The notes: generated by a model not told the origin, from the letters alone. Shown: positions 21,338 to 34,974, counted from the stretch's first letter. The stretch is DNA of 64,000 nucleotides from Polyangiales bacterium (GCA_964202905.1 CAXNJO010000012.1:1-64000); one strand, 5' to 3'. A program made the numbers and translations.

Positions 21338-21766
21338 ATGGGCGATCCGCGAGACGACGCGCCGCTGCCAGCCGATGCGCCCCCGCAGCCCGTCGACGTG
21401 CTCGCCGCCGTCGGGGGCCTCGAGGGGATGCGCGCGGTGCTGCGCGACCTCTACACGCGGCTCTTCGCGGACCCGATGGTCGGCTTCTTCTTCCAGGGCC
21501 GCGACCTCGAACGGCTCGTCGAGCACCAGCTCCGCTTCACCGCGCGCGCGCTCGGCGCGGACATCGCGTACACGGGGCGCCCGCTCCCCGAGGCGCACGC
21601 GGGCCTGCCGCCGATCCTCCCGGGACACTTCGATCGCCGGCACACCCTGCTCGCGCAGGTGCTGCGCGCGCACGCCGTGCCCGATGACGCCCGCGAAGCG
21701 TGGCTCGCGTACGACCGCGCCTTCCGACGCGCCGTGCTCGGCGCGCGCGGCGCCGGCCGTCCCTGA
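21338..21766 (+). CDS. Group I-like truncated hemoglobin
   Basis: VGGLEG...LYTRLFADPMVGFFF...HQLRF...YTGRPLPEAHAGL (2/2 globin pattern with proximal His). Confidence 0.82.
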   Translation: MGDPRDDAPLPADAPPQPVDVLAAVGGLEGMRAVLRDLYTRLFADPMVGFFFQGRDLERLVEHQLRFTARALGADIAYTGRPLPEAHAGLPPILPGHFDRRHTLLAQVLRAHAVPDDAREAWLAYDRAFRRAVLGARGAGRP

Positions 21767-21874
21767 CGCGGCCGCAACCCCGCCCGGGAACGCCTTTGTT
21801 CGCAGCGTCCCCGGCACGTCGTATCATCGCCGCGCCGGGTCGCTTCCGGCCCCTGCCCCCCGCGAAGGCCCGAC

Positions 21875-22837
21875 GTGAAACGCGACACGAACGCCGTCAC
21901 GAGAGATGAGCTGAGCCACCTCCACATGCTGCGCCGCGTGGCCATCGAGTCCGTCGAGGGCCTGCTCGGTGGCTGCGAGGTCCACCAGCTCGCGCCCGGC
22001 GAGGAGCTCCTCGCGCAGGGCCAGACCAACCAGACGATGTTCTTCGTCCTCTCGGGGCAGCTCGGCGTCTTCGTGCGGCAGGAGGACACCGAGCCCGTGG
22101 CGGTGCTGCAGCCCGGCGAGACGGTGGGCGAGCTCTCGGTGCTCGACGATCGGCCGGCGACGGCGTGGGTGCGCGCCCTCGACGACGTCCGCGTCCTCGC
22201 GGTCGGCGAGGAGTCTTTCTGGCAGCTCGTGGGCGCGTCGCACGAGCTCGCGGTGAACCTGCTGCTCCTGCTGGCGCAGCGCATGCGCTCGAACCTGCAG
22301 ACGATGGAGAAGGACGCGCGACGCCGCGTCGACCTCGAGCGCGAGGCGTGGACGGACGCGCTCACCGGCTGCCACAACCGGCGCTGGCTCGACGCGCGCC
22401 TGCCGCGGCTCGCAGAGCGACACCGCCGCGCGCGGTCCCCGCTCTCGGTGCTCGCGCTCGACATCGACTTCTTCAAGCGCGTCAACGACACGTGGGGCCA
22501 CGCCGCCGGTGACTCCGTCCTCGCGGCCGTCGGCCGCGCGATCCTCACGGGGCTGCGCCCCACCGATCTCGGCGCGCGCTACGGCGGCGAAGAGTTCGTC
22601 ATCGCCCTGCCGGACACGCCGCTGGAGGGCGCGGTGATCGCGGCCGAGCGGCTCCGCGCGCGCCTCGCCGAGCACCCGATCACGCTCGGTGACGGACGCG
22701 TGCTCCCGGCGGTCACGGCCTCGATCGGCGCCGCGGAGCTCGGCCCGGAGGAGGATGCCGCACACCTCGTCGAGCGCGCCGACGCCGCGCTCTACCGCGC
22801 GAAGGCGAACGGCCGCGACCGCGTCGAGACGGGCTGA
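21875..22837 (+). CDS. cNMP-binding domain diguanylate cyclase
   Basis: cNMP fold (LAPGEELLAQG, GETVGELS, ATAWVRA); DALTG, DIDFFKRVND, RPTD I-site, GGEEF active site. Confidence 0.92.
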   Translation: MKRDTNAVTRDELSHLHMLRRVAIESVEGLLGGCEVHQLAPGEELLAQGQTNQTMFFVLSGQLGVFVRQEDTEPVAVLQPGETVGELSVLDDRPATAWVRALDDVRVLAVGEESFWQLVGASHELAVNLLLLLAQRMRSNLQTMEKDARRRVDLEREAWTDALTGCHNRRWLDARLPRLAERHRRARSPLSVLALDIDFFKRVNDTWGHAAGDSVLAAVGRAILTGLRPTDLGARYGGEEFVIALPDTPLEGAVIAAERLRARLAEHPITLGDGRVLPAVTASIGAAELGPEEDAAHLVERADAALYRAKANGRDRVETG

Positions 22838-22900
22838 TCCGCCCACGCCCGCGCGGATGCCCGTCGCGGCGACCGCGCGGCCCGGTGTAGAACAGCGCGC

Positions 22901-23686
22901 ATGACCGACGCCGTCCTCTACGACGTGCACGAGCGCGTCGCGCTTCTCACGCTGAACCGCCCCGAGAACCGCAACAGCATGACGAGCGAGCTGCTCGACG
23001 CGTTCGCCGTCGCCGCGCGGCGCGCCGCGGCCGATCGCGACGTGCGCTGCGTCGTCGTCACGGGCGCGGGCCGCTTCTTCAGCGCGGGCGCGGATTTTCG
23101 CGCGCAGATCCAGCGCGAGGACGCGCACGCCGCGCTCCCGCACGAGCGCTCGTTCGCGATGTACGAGCCCTTCCTCACGCTGCTCGACGTCGAGGTGCCC
23201 GTGATCGGCGCGCTCAACGGGCACGCGGTCGGCGGCGGCTTCGGCCTCTCGCTCGTCTGCGACCTGCGCCTCGCCGCGGACGACGCGAAATACGGCGCCA
23301 ACTTCTGCCGCCTCGGCCTCGCGCCCGGCATGTCGATCACGTACACGCTGCCGCGCGTCGTCGGCCCGCAGCGCGCCGCGGAGCTGCTCTACACCGCGCG
23401 CCTCTTCGAGGGCCCGGAGGCCGTCGCGATCGGCTACGCGTTGCGCGCGCTGCCGGCCGCGGCCGTGCTCCCCGAGGCGCTCGCGATGGCCCGCACGATC
23501 GCCGCGAACGCCCCGCACGCCGTCCGCCAGACGCGGGCGATGCTGCGGCGCGCCCTCGGCTGGGACCCCCGCGCGCACGCCGCGATCGAGGCCTTCGCGC
23601 AGGCCGAGACGGTCGCGACCGAGGACGCGCGCGAGGGCGTCGCCGCGCTGCTCGGCAAGCGCGACCCCGTCTTCACGGGGCGCTGA
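22901..23686 (+). CDS. Enoyl-CoA hydratase/isomerase family protein
   Basis: LNRPENRN, FSAGAD, NGHAVGGG, CDLR, EDAREG, KRDPVFTG. Confidence 0.92.
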   Translation: MTDAVLYDVHERVALLTLNRPENRNSMTSELLDAFAVAARRAAADRDVRCVVVTGAGRFFSAGADFRAQIQREDAHAALPHERSFAMYEPFLTLLDVEVPVIGALNGHAVGGGFGLSLVCDLRLAADDAKYGANFCRLGLAPGMSITYTLPRVVGPQRAAELLYTARLFEGPEAVAIGYALRALPAAAVLPEALAMARTIAANAPHAVRQTRAMLRRALGWDPRAHAAIEAFAQAETVATEDAREGVAALLGKRDPVFTGR

Positions 23687-23756
23687 GCGCACACGCACGC
23701 GCCTCGCGAGGAAACGCACGCCGCGCGCACGACGGCGACGTTTACGCTCCAGCTTC

Positions 23757-24971
23757 GTGAACGCGCCCCAACCCCGCCGTCGACTCCCCCTCATCGCCAT
23801 CACGCTCACGCTGGCGCTCACGGCCTGCGCACAGGGCGCCGACACACGTCGGCGGACGCCGGGCCGCGACGCCGCGGCCGACGGCTTCGCCCCGGACACC
23901 GACGCCGGACGCCCCGACGCGGGCCCCGGAGCAGACGCCGGTCCGACCAGTGACCTCGGCCCCGGACTCGATGCAGGCCCTTTTTTCGACGGCGGTACGA
24001 GTTTCGACGCGGGACCGATGGCCGACGCAGGGCGCGACGCTGGTCCGACCAGTGACGCGGGCTTCGACGCGGGCTTCGACGCGGGGCGCGACGCAGGCTT
24101 CGACGCGGGCTTCGATGCCGGCTTCGACGCGGGACGCGACGCAGGCTTCGACGCGGGACGCGACGCAGGCTTCGACGCGGGGGCCTTCGATCGCTGCCTC
24201 GGCGTCGACTGCTCGCCCTTCTCGAGCGCGTGCACCGACGCCGCGTGCAACCCCGCGACGGGCATCTGCACGTTGACGCCGCGCCCCGTCGGGCTCGCGT
24301 GCGACGACGGCAACCTGTGCACCTCGCCCGACACCTGCCGGAGCAGCGGGCTCTGCATCGGCGACCTCGTCTCGCCCGTCTGCGGCGACGGGCGCTGCGG
24401 GTGCACGGAGACGATCGCTTCGTGCGCGGTCGACTGCGCGCCGACCGCTCCCTCGCTGCCGAGCAACGCCTGCACGAACGGCGCGCAGAGCCGCGACGGC
24501 TGCGGCAGCGCGCGCATCATCGGGCGCACGGGCGCGTCGGCGGGCTGGACCTCCGGCGCGCAGAACACGTGCACCGCGAACGACCGCCACGACGACGCGT
24601 GTCCGTCCTTCGACGTCGGCAACGACCACACCTACGCGCTCTACGTGAAGGCGGGCGAGCGCGTCACCGCGGACCTCACGACGACCACGACGCGCTGCGG
24701 GGCGCTCGAGGATTTCCGCAGCTACCTGAAGTTCAAGTTCAACGCGGACGCGACCAGCGCCGGCGCGCGGAGCTGCCCGACCTTCTCGACCTGCGCCGCA
24801 GGGCCGACGCGCACGGACACCTACGCGACGAGCCGCACCTACGACGCGACGGCCGACGGCTGGCTCTTCGTCATCGTCGATGGCGGCGCGGTCACCTTCG
24901 ACGAGCACCGCGGCTACTACAACCTCGCCGTGAGCCTCTCGCGCTGCGAAGCCGCGTCGTGCGGCTGCTGA
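23757..24971 (+). CDS. Cys-rich lipoprotein with DAG-repeat stalk
   Basis: Lipobox LTAC; DAG[F/R] repeats; CDDGNLCT and VCGDGRC motifs; C-terminal beta domain. Confidence 0.75.
   Translation: MNAPQPRRRLPLIAITLTLALTACAQGADTRRRTPGRDAAADGFAPDTDAGRPDAGPGADAGPTSDLGPGLDAGPFFDGGTSFDAGPMADAGRDAGPTSDAGFDAGFDAGRDAGFDAGFDAGFDAGRDAGFDAGRDAGFDAGAFDRCLGVDCSPFSSACTDAACNPATGICTLTPRPVGLACDDGNLCTSPDTCRSSGLCIGDLVSPVCGDGRCGCTETIASCAVDCAPTAPSLPSNACTNGAQSRDGCGSARIIGRTGASAGWTSGAQNTCTANDRHDDACPSFDVGNDHTYALYVKAGERVTADLTTTTTRCGALEDFRSYLKFKFNADATSAGARSCPTFSTCAAGPTRTDTYATSRTYDATADGWLFVIVDGGAVTFDEHRGYYNLAVSLSRCEAASCGC
24054..24185 (+). repeat. 11 x 12-bp coding tandem repeat (DAGF/DAGR)
   Basis: GACGC[GAC]GG[CGA](TTC/CGC) units in frame. 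Confidence 0.85.
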
Positions 24972-25023
24972 ACCGCAGCGCGCGCCGTCTCGGGTTCCGC
25001 GCTGCTAGGCTGCGCGCTTCGCG

Positions 25024-26625
25024 ATGATCGAGAAGCGCATCTACCCGCCGATCCCCAAGTACTTCAACACGACGGGGCCGTGCGAGGAGCACCAGCACTA
25101 CATGGTGCCCCCGCTGCCGCGCGTGCCCGAGGCGCCGAGCATCGTGGCGAGGGGCGGCTATTTCGTGCTGCACGCGCCGCGGCAGTCGGGGAAGACGACC
25201 TTCCTGCGGGCCTTCGCGCGCGCGCTCACGGCCGGCGGTGAGTACGCCGCCGTCTACATGAGTTGCGAGGCGGCCGAGGCGAAGGGAGACGACGAGGTCG
25301 CGGCGCAGCGATTGATCGTCGACGAGCTGATCGCCGAAGCGACGATGCAGCTCCCCGAGGAACTGCGCCCGGTGTCGGTCCGCGCGGATGCCTCGACCGA
25401 TCGCCTGCTGACGGAGACGCTCGAAGCATGGTGCGCGCGCTGCCCGCGCCGCGTCGTGCTGCTGCTCGACGAGATCGACGCGGTGCGTGGGCAGAGCCTG
25501 ATCGCGGTGCTGCGCCAGCTCCGCGCGGGCTTCCCGAAGCGGCCCGACCACGCGCCGTGGTCGGTGATGCTGTGCGGCCTGCGCGACGTGCGGGACTACA
25601 AGGCCGCGAGCGGCGGCGACGCGAATCGGCTCGGCACGTCGAGCCCCTTCAACGTCAAGCTGAAGTCGCTGACGCTCGGCACGTTCAGCGAGGCGGAGGT
25701 GCGCGCGCTCTTGGAGCAGCACACGACCGCGACGGGCCAGCGCTTCGACGACGACGCGCTCCTGCGCATCGCGGAGCTCGCCGGTGGGCAGCCCTGGCTC
25801 GTGAACGCGCTCGCGAGCGAGATCGTCACCGAGCTGAAGGTCGAGGGTCCGATCACGAAGGCACACGTCGAGGCGGCGAAGGAGCGCTTGATCCTCGCCC
25901 GCGCGACGCATCTCGACTCGCTCGTCAGCAAGCTCGTCGAGCCGCGCGTGAAACGGATCCTCGGCCCGCTGCTCGCGGGCGAATTGCCCGAGGCCGACGC
26001 CGTGTTCGACGACGATGTCTCCTACGTCGTCGATCTCGGTCTCGTGAAGAATCCCCCGCTGCGGATGGCGAATCCCATCTATCGGGAGGTCGTCGCGCGG
26101 GTGTTGTCGTCGCCCACGCAGGCCATCGTCACCGCCGATCCGCGGCGCTTCGTGCGCGCGGACGGGCGCTTCGATCTCGACGTGCTCCTGCGTGAATTCG
26201 CCGCGTTCTGGGTGGAACAGGGCGAGACGATGGCCGAGCGCGCGACGTATGCGGAATCCGGCGCGCAGCTCGTGCTGATGGCTTATCTGCAACGCGTGGT
26301 GAACGGCGGTGGCGTGGTGTCGCGCGAATACGGCATCGGCCGCCGCCGCATCGATCTCCTGATCGAATGGCCCTTTGCAGACGCCGCGGGCAAACAGCAG
26401 ATGCAGCGCGAAGCCATCGAGTTGAAGGTCTGGCGCGACGGCCGCAAGGACCCGCTCCCCGAGGGCCTGCGCCAGCTCGACGAATACCTCGAGCGCACCG
26501 GTCTGCCGGACGGCGTGCTCGTGCTCTTCGACCGCCGCAAGGACGCAGTGCCCCTCGAAGAGCGCGTGCATGAGGAGAGCGCCGTGACACCGACAGGCCG
26601 CCCCGTGCGCGTGCTGCGGGCGTGA
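25024..26625 (+). CDS. AAA/STAND-like P-loop ATPase with C-terminal PD-(D/E)xK-like nuclease domain, copy 1
   Basis: FNTTGPC, Walker A APRQSGKTT, Walker B LLLDEID, GQPWLVN; C-terminal REY...RIDL...IELK. Confidence 0.8.
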   Translation: MIEKRIYPPIPKYFNTTGPCEEHQHYMVPPLPRVPEAPSIVARGGYFVLHAPRQSGKTTFLRAFARALTAGGEYAAVYMSCEAAEAKGDDEVAAQRLIVDELIAEATMQLPEELRPVSVRADASTDRLLTETLEAWCARCPRRVVLLLDEIDAVRGQSLIAVLRQLRAGFPKRPDHAPWSVMLCGLRDVRDYKAASGGDANRLGTSSPFNVKLKSLTLGTFSEAEVRALLEQHTTATGQRFDDDALLRIAELAGGQPWLVNALASEIVTELKVEGPITKAHVEAAKERLILARATHLDSLVSKLVEPRVKRILGPLLAGELPEADAVFDDDVSYVVDLGLVKNPPLRMANPIYREVVARVLSSPTQAIVTADPRRFVRADGRFDLDVLLREFAAFWVEQGETMAERATYAESGAQLVLMAYLQRVVNGGGVVSREYGIGRRRIDLLIEWPFADAAGKQQMQREAIELKVWRDGRKDPLPEGLRQLDEYLERTGLPDGVLVLFDRRKDAVPLEERVHEESAVTPTGRPVRVLRA

Positions 26626-26707
26626 GGCGCGCGGGCCGAGTGCGTCCCTGCTTGGTCAGCCCCGGCCGAGCGGCTGCGCGATGTGGTGATATCCTGCGCA
26701 CGCCGCG

Positions 26708-28311
26708 ATGATCGAGAAACGCGTCTACCCGCCGATCCCCAAGTACTTCAACACGACGGGGCCGTGCGAGGAGCACCAGCACTACATGGTGCCGCCGCTG
26801 CCGCGCGTGCCGGAGGCGCCGGGCATCGTCGCGATGGGCGGCTACTTCGTGCTGCACGCGCCGCGGCAGTCGGGGAAGACGACGTTCCTGCGGACCTTCG
26901 CGCGCTCCCTCTCGGCGGGCGAGGACTACGCGGCCGTGTACATGAGCTGCGAGGCGGCCGAAGCGGCGGGCGACGACACCGTCGCTGCGCAGGAAACCAT
27001 CGTGCGGCGACTCGTGCAGGAGGCCGAGACGCAGCTCCCTCCCGCGCTCCGGCCCGCAGGCCTGCCCGAGCGTCTCGACTCGCAGTCGCTGCTCACCGAC
27101 GTGCTCTCCGCGTGGTGCGCGCGCTGCCCACGACGCGTCGTGCTGCTGCTCGACGAGATCGACGCGCTGCGCGGCCAGAGCCTCATCGCAGTGCTGCGCC
27201 AGCTGCGCGCAGGCTTCCCCGATCGGCCCGCGCGGGCGCCGTGGTCCGTGATGCTGTGCGGCCTGCGCGACGTGCGCGACTACAAGGCCGCGAGCGGCGG
27301 CGATCCCGGGCGGCTTGGCACCGTCGAGCCCGTTCAACGTGAAGCTGAAGTCGCTGACGCTCGGCACGTTCAGCGAGGCGGAGGTGCGCGAGCTCTTGGA
27401 GCAGCACACGACCGCGACGGGCCAGCGCGTTCTCCGACGACGCGCTCACGCGTCTCTCCGAGCTCGCGGGCGGGCAGCCCTGGCTCGTGAACGCGCTCGC
27501 GAGCGAGATCGTCACCGAGCTGAAGGTCGAGGGTCCGATCACGAAGGCGCACGTCGAGGCGGCGAAGGAGCGCTTGATCCTCGCCCGCGCGACGCATCTC
27601 GACTCGCTCGTCAGCAAGCTCGTCGAGCCGCGCGTGAAACGGATCCTCGGCCCGCTGCTCGCGGGCGAATTGCCCGAGGCCGACGCCGTGTTCGACGACG
27701 ATGTCTCCTACGTCGTCGATCTCGGCCTCGTGAAGAATCCCCCGCTGCGGATGGCGAATCCCATCTATCGGGAGGTCGTCGCGCGGGTGTTGTCGTCGCC
27801 CACGCAGGCCATCGTCACCGCCGATCCGCGGCGCTTCGTGCGCGCGGACGGGCGCTTCGATCTCGACGTGCTCCTGCGTGAATTCGCCGCGTTCTGGGTG
27901 GAGCAGGGCGAGACGATGGCCGAGCGCGCGACGTATGCGGAATCCGGCGCGCAGCTCGTGCTGATGGCTTATCTGCAACGCGTGGTGAACGGCGGTGGCG
28001 TGGTGTCGCGCGAATACGGCATCGGCCGCCGCCGCATCGATCTGCTGATCGAATGGCCCTTTGCAGACGCCGCGGGCAAACAGCAGATGCAGCGCGAAGC
28101 CATCGAGTTGAAGGTCTGGCGCGACGGTCGCAAGGACCCGCTCCCCGAGGGCCTGCGCCAGCTCGACGAATACCTCGAGCGCACCGGCCTGCCGGAAGGC
28201 GTGCTCGTGCTCTTCGACCGCCGCAAGGACGCAGTGCCCCTCGAAGAGCGCGTGCATGAGGAGAGCGCCGTGACGCCGACGGGTCGCCCGGTACGCGTGC
28301 TGCGGGCGTGA
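26708..28311 (+). CDS. Tandem paralogue of the AAA-nuclease gene, copy 2 (two apparent +1 frameshifts)
   Basis: Colinear with 25024-26625 (1604 vs 1602 nt); extra bases near 27322 and 27430. Confidence 0.78.
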
Positions 28312-28323
28312 GGCGCCCCCCCG

Positions 28324-28944
28324 CTACACCGCCTCCAGCTCCAAAATCACGTCGCCCGGCGCCAAATCGCTCTCGTCAGCGGGGAGGATCGCGAGGACGC
28401 GCGCGCGTGGCGGGAGGCCCTCGCCGCCGTACTGCACGCGGTTGAAGGTCTTCATCACCTCGAGGAGCGCGACGGACTGGCCCTCGACGACGACGTCGCC
28501 GACGGCGACGAAGGGCGCTTTGCCCGGGCCCGGCTTGCCGTAGTAGCGGCCGCTCGACGGCGTGCGGAACACGAGCGCGCCGGAGTCCGTCTGCGCGGCG
28601 CTGCGCGCCTCGGCCGCCCGCGGATCGGCCGCGGCGCCCACCGACGGGTCGAGCACGAGCAGCGCGTCGCCGTGCTGCGCGGCGCGGCGGGCGAGGACGC
28701 TGGCGGCGCCGAGCGCTTCGACGACGCGGCCCGAGACGCCCGCGGGGGCGCGCAGGCGCGTGAGCACGCCGAGCGTCTCGAGCTCGCCGATCGGCTGGCC
28801 GCCGACGATCACCTCGCCGGGCGCGGGTGCGCCGCGCCAGAGGCCCACGCCGGGGCTGCGCAGCTCGGTGAGGCCATCGGCGCGCGTCGTCGCCTTCGCG
28901 GTCAGTTCCGGCCGCGCGACGCGGCTCGAGTCGTGGCTGCCCAT
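28324..28944 (-). CDS. accB: Biotin carboxyl carrier protein
   Basis: [25 protein letters not shown] biotinylation motif. Confidence 0.85.
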   Translation of the reverse strand: MGSHDSSRVARPELTAKATTRADGLTELRSPGVGLWRGAPAPGEVIVGGQPIGELETLGVLTRLRAPAGVSGRVVEALGAASVLARRAAQHGDALLVLDPSVGAAADPRAAEARSAAQTDSGALVFRTPSSGRYYGKPGPGKAPFVAVGDVVVEGQSVALLEVMKTFNRVQYGGEGLPPRARVLAILPADESDLAPGDVILELEAV

Positions 28945-28948
28945 CCGC

Positions 28949-30679
<1,731 letters not shown>

Positions 30680-30755
30680 GCGGCCGCGGTTGTACAACGA
30701 AGCCCACAGCGCGCGCACGCTTCTCCGGGCGGCACGGCGCGCGTATCGTCGCCGC

Positions 30756-32143
30756 ATGCCCCGCACGAAGACGCCGCTGTTCGTCGCCTCCCTGCTCGCC
30801 CTGCTGCTGCCGCTCGCGCCGCGCCCGGCGGCCGCGAACGGCGCCTTCTCGCACGTACACATGACGCAGCTCGCGCTCGAGCGGCTGCCGCCGGGCGAGC
30901 TGCGCAGCTTCTTCGCGGACCCGGAGCTCGTGCTCGCCGCGGAGGCGGGCTCGATGTTCCCGGACTCGGGCTATGCGGCGGGCGATCCCTACGGCGAGAT
31001 CGCGCACTGGGACCCGTTCCTCCGCAGCTACGTCGAGGATCTGCAGGCGCGCTATGCGGGCGACTACGCCTCGCGCGAGGCGAAGCTGCGCATCGCCTTC
31101 CTGCTCGGCTTCGCGGCGCACGGGCTCGAGGACCAGAGCTACGACACGACGCTGCTCGCGCGCGCCTTCGAGGCGGGCGACACCGAGGTCCCGGACCTCC
31201 CCTTCGACCAGCTCGCCGACTACTTCCTCACCTTCGATCACGGCGTCTCGTTCACGCTCGACGACCCTTACGCGCCCTACGCCGATCTGCCCGCAATCAT
31301 CGCCGCCGGGCCCGAGGGACACAGCGTGGACGAGGCCGTGGTCCGCGACGCGATGGGCACGATGTCGACGCTCCTCCGCGTGCAGGGCAACACCCGCATC
31401 ACGCGCAGCTGGTACGCGCAGGGCTGGGAGAGCTACCCCTTCCTCGGCACGCACTACTACAACGAGGACGCCGTGGGCTCGGTGCCCTGGCTCGCGACGC
31501 TGCTCGTGCGCTACTGGGAGGTGCTCTGGGCGCGCGTGCACCGCACCGACGTGCTCACGCGCGATCTGCTGATGCGCACGGTGCCCGAGGACGGCGCGAC
31601 GAACTGGAACGTCGACCTCGCGGACGGCCGCGCGTGGGGGCGCATCGCGCTCTTCTTCGCCTACGCGATCGACCGCGACACGCTCGGGCCCTTCGTCACG
31701 CTGCGCGACGCGGGCGGCGCGACGGTGCCCGTGAGCTTCGAGACGGCGTACGGCGGGCGCGATCGGCACCTGCTCTTCGTCGTGCCCGAGGCGACGCTCG
31801 CCTTCGACACCGAGCACACCGTCACGATCGGCGCGGGCGCCCCGACGCTCTACGGCGAGACGACCGACGCGCCGCTCTCCTTCTCGTTCCGCACGCGCTG
31901 CGCGGCCGATCGCCTCGCCGAATGCCCGCCGCTCACGCCGCCGCTCGTCGCCGGCATGCGCCCGATGCCGGACGCCGGCACGCCGCGCATGGACGCGGGC
32001 GCGCCCGCGGTCGACGCCGGGCAGCGACGACCACCACGAACGATGGTGGCTGCAGCGCGGCGCGCGGCACGCCTCGCGGCTCTGCGACGTGGTTCGCCGT
32101 ACTCGGGCTCGTCGCGCTGTGGCGCACGCGTCGCCGTCGCTGA
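30756..32143 (+). CDS. Secreted Zn-dependent phospholipase C/P1-nuclease-fold protein with Ig-like domain and MYXO-CTERM-like tail (frameshift near 32020)
   Basis: Signal peptide; early His, [18 protein letters not shown] metal-ligand pattern; alternative frame ends GGCSAA...[21 protein letters not shown]. Confidence 0.7.
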
Positions 32144-32155
32144 GCGGCGAGCGCG

Positions 32156-33503
<1,348 letters not shown>

Positions 33504-33562
33504 GGCGGCGACGGTAGCACGCTGCGCGCGGGCGCCCCGGTCCACAGGCCGCGCGTGATACC

Positions 33563-34906
33563 GTGCTCTCCGTGCCGGCGCGCTCGCACAGCTACCCCGA
33601 CGACCTCGCCGCGTTCGTGCACGCGCGCTGGGCCGACGTGGAGGAGTCGGTGCCGTGGCCCGAGGGCGCGTTCCCGAGCGAGCCGCCACCGCGCGCGGTC
33701 GTCGAGGCGCTCGTCTCGACGTCGTACCAGGCGAGCCTGCTCCGCGACGAAGAGCGCCCCGTGATCTTCCGCGCGGTGCTGGCGCCGCCCGAGGTCTTCG
33801 CCGCGCACCGCGGGCCTCCCTGGGGCGTGCACCGCCTCGTGTTCGCGCAGCCGCGGCCCCTCGACGCGCACGAGCTGCGCCGCCTCTCGCAGGCCGCGAA
33901 GTACCACCGCGCGCTGCTCGGCGTGCAGACCACGAGCGGCGGCGACCTCGAGATCTGGGGCATCGCGTACACCGGTCCGCGCTGGCTGCAGGTCTCGCAG
34001 GGCGGGCGCGGCGTGCGCGCCTCGCTGCCACCCGTGCCGGTCGTGTCGGTGAGCGGGCCGGGACGCGTGACGGTGTCGAAGGGCTTCGCGCCCGTCGCGC
34101 GGCTCGCGGGCGGGCGGCTCTCGGAGCCGGAGCACGACGTCTTCGACTCGCGCTGGCTGCCCGGGCTCTTCGCGGGCGCACGTGAAGAGATCGAGGCCCG
34201 CCATGCGGCCGCGCGCGCCGCCACGCCGACGCCATGGGCCGAGGTCGATCCCGACTTCGTGCGGCAGCTCGGCCAGCACTTCGTGCGGCGGATCGTCGCC
34301 ACGATCCGCGCCGCGAAGCACGGAGGGACGCTCGTCCTCGTGCCGCCCGAAGACGCCCCGCGCTTCACCGACGAGGACCGCTTCGTCACGCTCAAGCACC
34401 GCTTCCTCGAGGAAGAGCCGCGCCACCGCTGCGCGACCCTCATGGTGCGCACGCTCAACGCGCTCGCGGAGGTGTGCGCGCCGCTCGTGCCGCCGGGAAC
34501 CACCGTCGGCTGGAACGAGCACGCGTCCCTCGCCGACCCGCTCATCGCGGAGCTCGACGAGGCGCTCTTCGAGGTCGCGCACCTGATCGCGGCGCTCGCC
34601 GACACCGACGGCGCCGTCGTGATGACGAAGCGCTTCGAGCTGCTCGGCTTCGGCGGCGTCGTGTCGGGCGAGCTGCCCGACGTCGCCCGCGTCGCGCGCG
34701 CGCTCGACGTCGAAGGCGAGCAGCGCATCCGCGAGCGCACCGACCTCGTCGGCACCCGCCACAACGCCGCCTACCGCCTCTGCAACGCGCGGCGCGACGC
34801 GCTCGCCATCGTCGTCTCGCAGGACGGCGGCACGCGCTTCGTCCGCTGGAAGGACGACGCCGTCACCTATTGGGATCAGGTCGGCGTCGCGGCCGTCGAC
34901 ACCTGA
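33563..34906 (+). CDS. Diadenylate cyclase (DisA_N/DAC)-fold protein with N-terminal putative sensor (DACNV-like) domain
   Basis: HGGTLV, TDGAVV, GFG, GTRHNAAYR, VVSQDG; N-terminal ASLLRDEERPVIFR. Confidence 0.75.
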   Translation: MLSVPARSHSYPDDLAAFVHARWADVEESVPWPEGAFPSEPPPRAVVEALVSTSYQASLLRDEERPVIFRAVLAPPEVFAAHRGPPWGVHRLVFAQPRPLDAHELRRLSQAAKYHRALLGVQTTSGGDLEIWGIAYTGPRWLQVSQGGRGVRASLPPVPVVSVSGPGRVTVSKGFAPVARLAGGRLSEPEHDVFDSRWLPGLFAGAREEIEARHAAARAATPTPWAEVDPDFVRQLGQHFVRRIVATIRAAKHGGTLVLVPPEDAPRFTDEDRFVTLKHRFLEEEPRHRCATLMVRTLNALAEVCAPLVPPGTTVGWNEHASLADPLIAELDEALFEVAHLIAALADTDGAVVMTKRFELLGFGGVVSGELPDVARVARALDVEGEQRIRERTDLVGTRHNAAYRLCNARRDALAIVVSQDGGTRFVRWKDDAVTYWDQVGVAAVDT

Positions 34907-34974
34907 CGGCGCGCCGGGTGCGACGCTCGGCCGCACACCGCGCGGGGCGCGCATCCCGTACGTTCGGCGCCGCC

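Noticed and set aside
25024..28311. Diversity-generating retroelement (template/variable repeat pair)
   Set aside because: Differences are not adenine-specific, both copies are full-length genes, and no reverse transcriptase is present.
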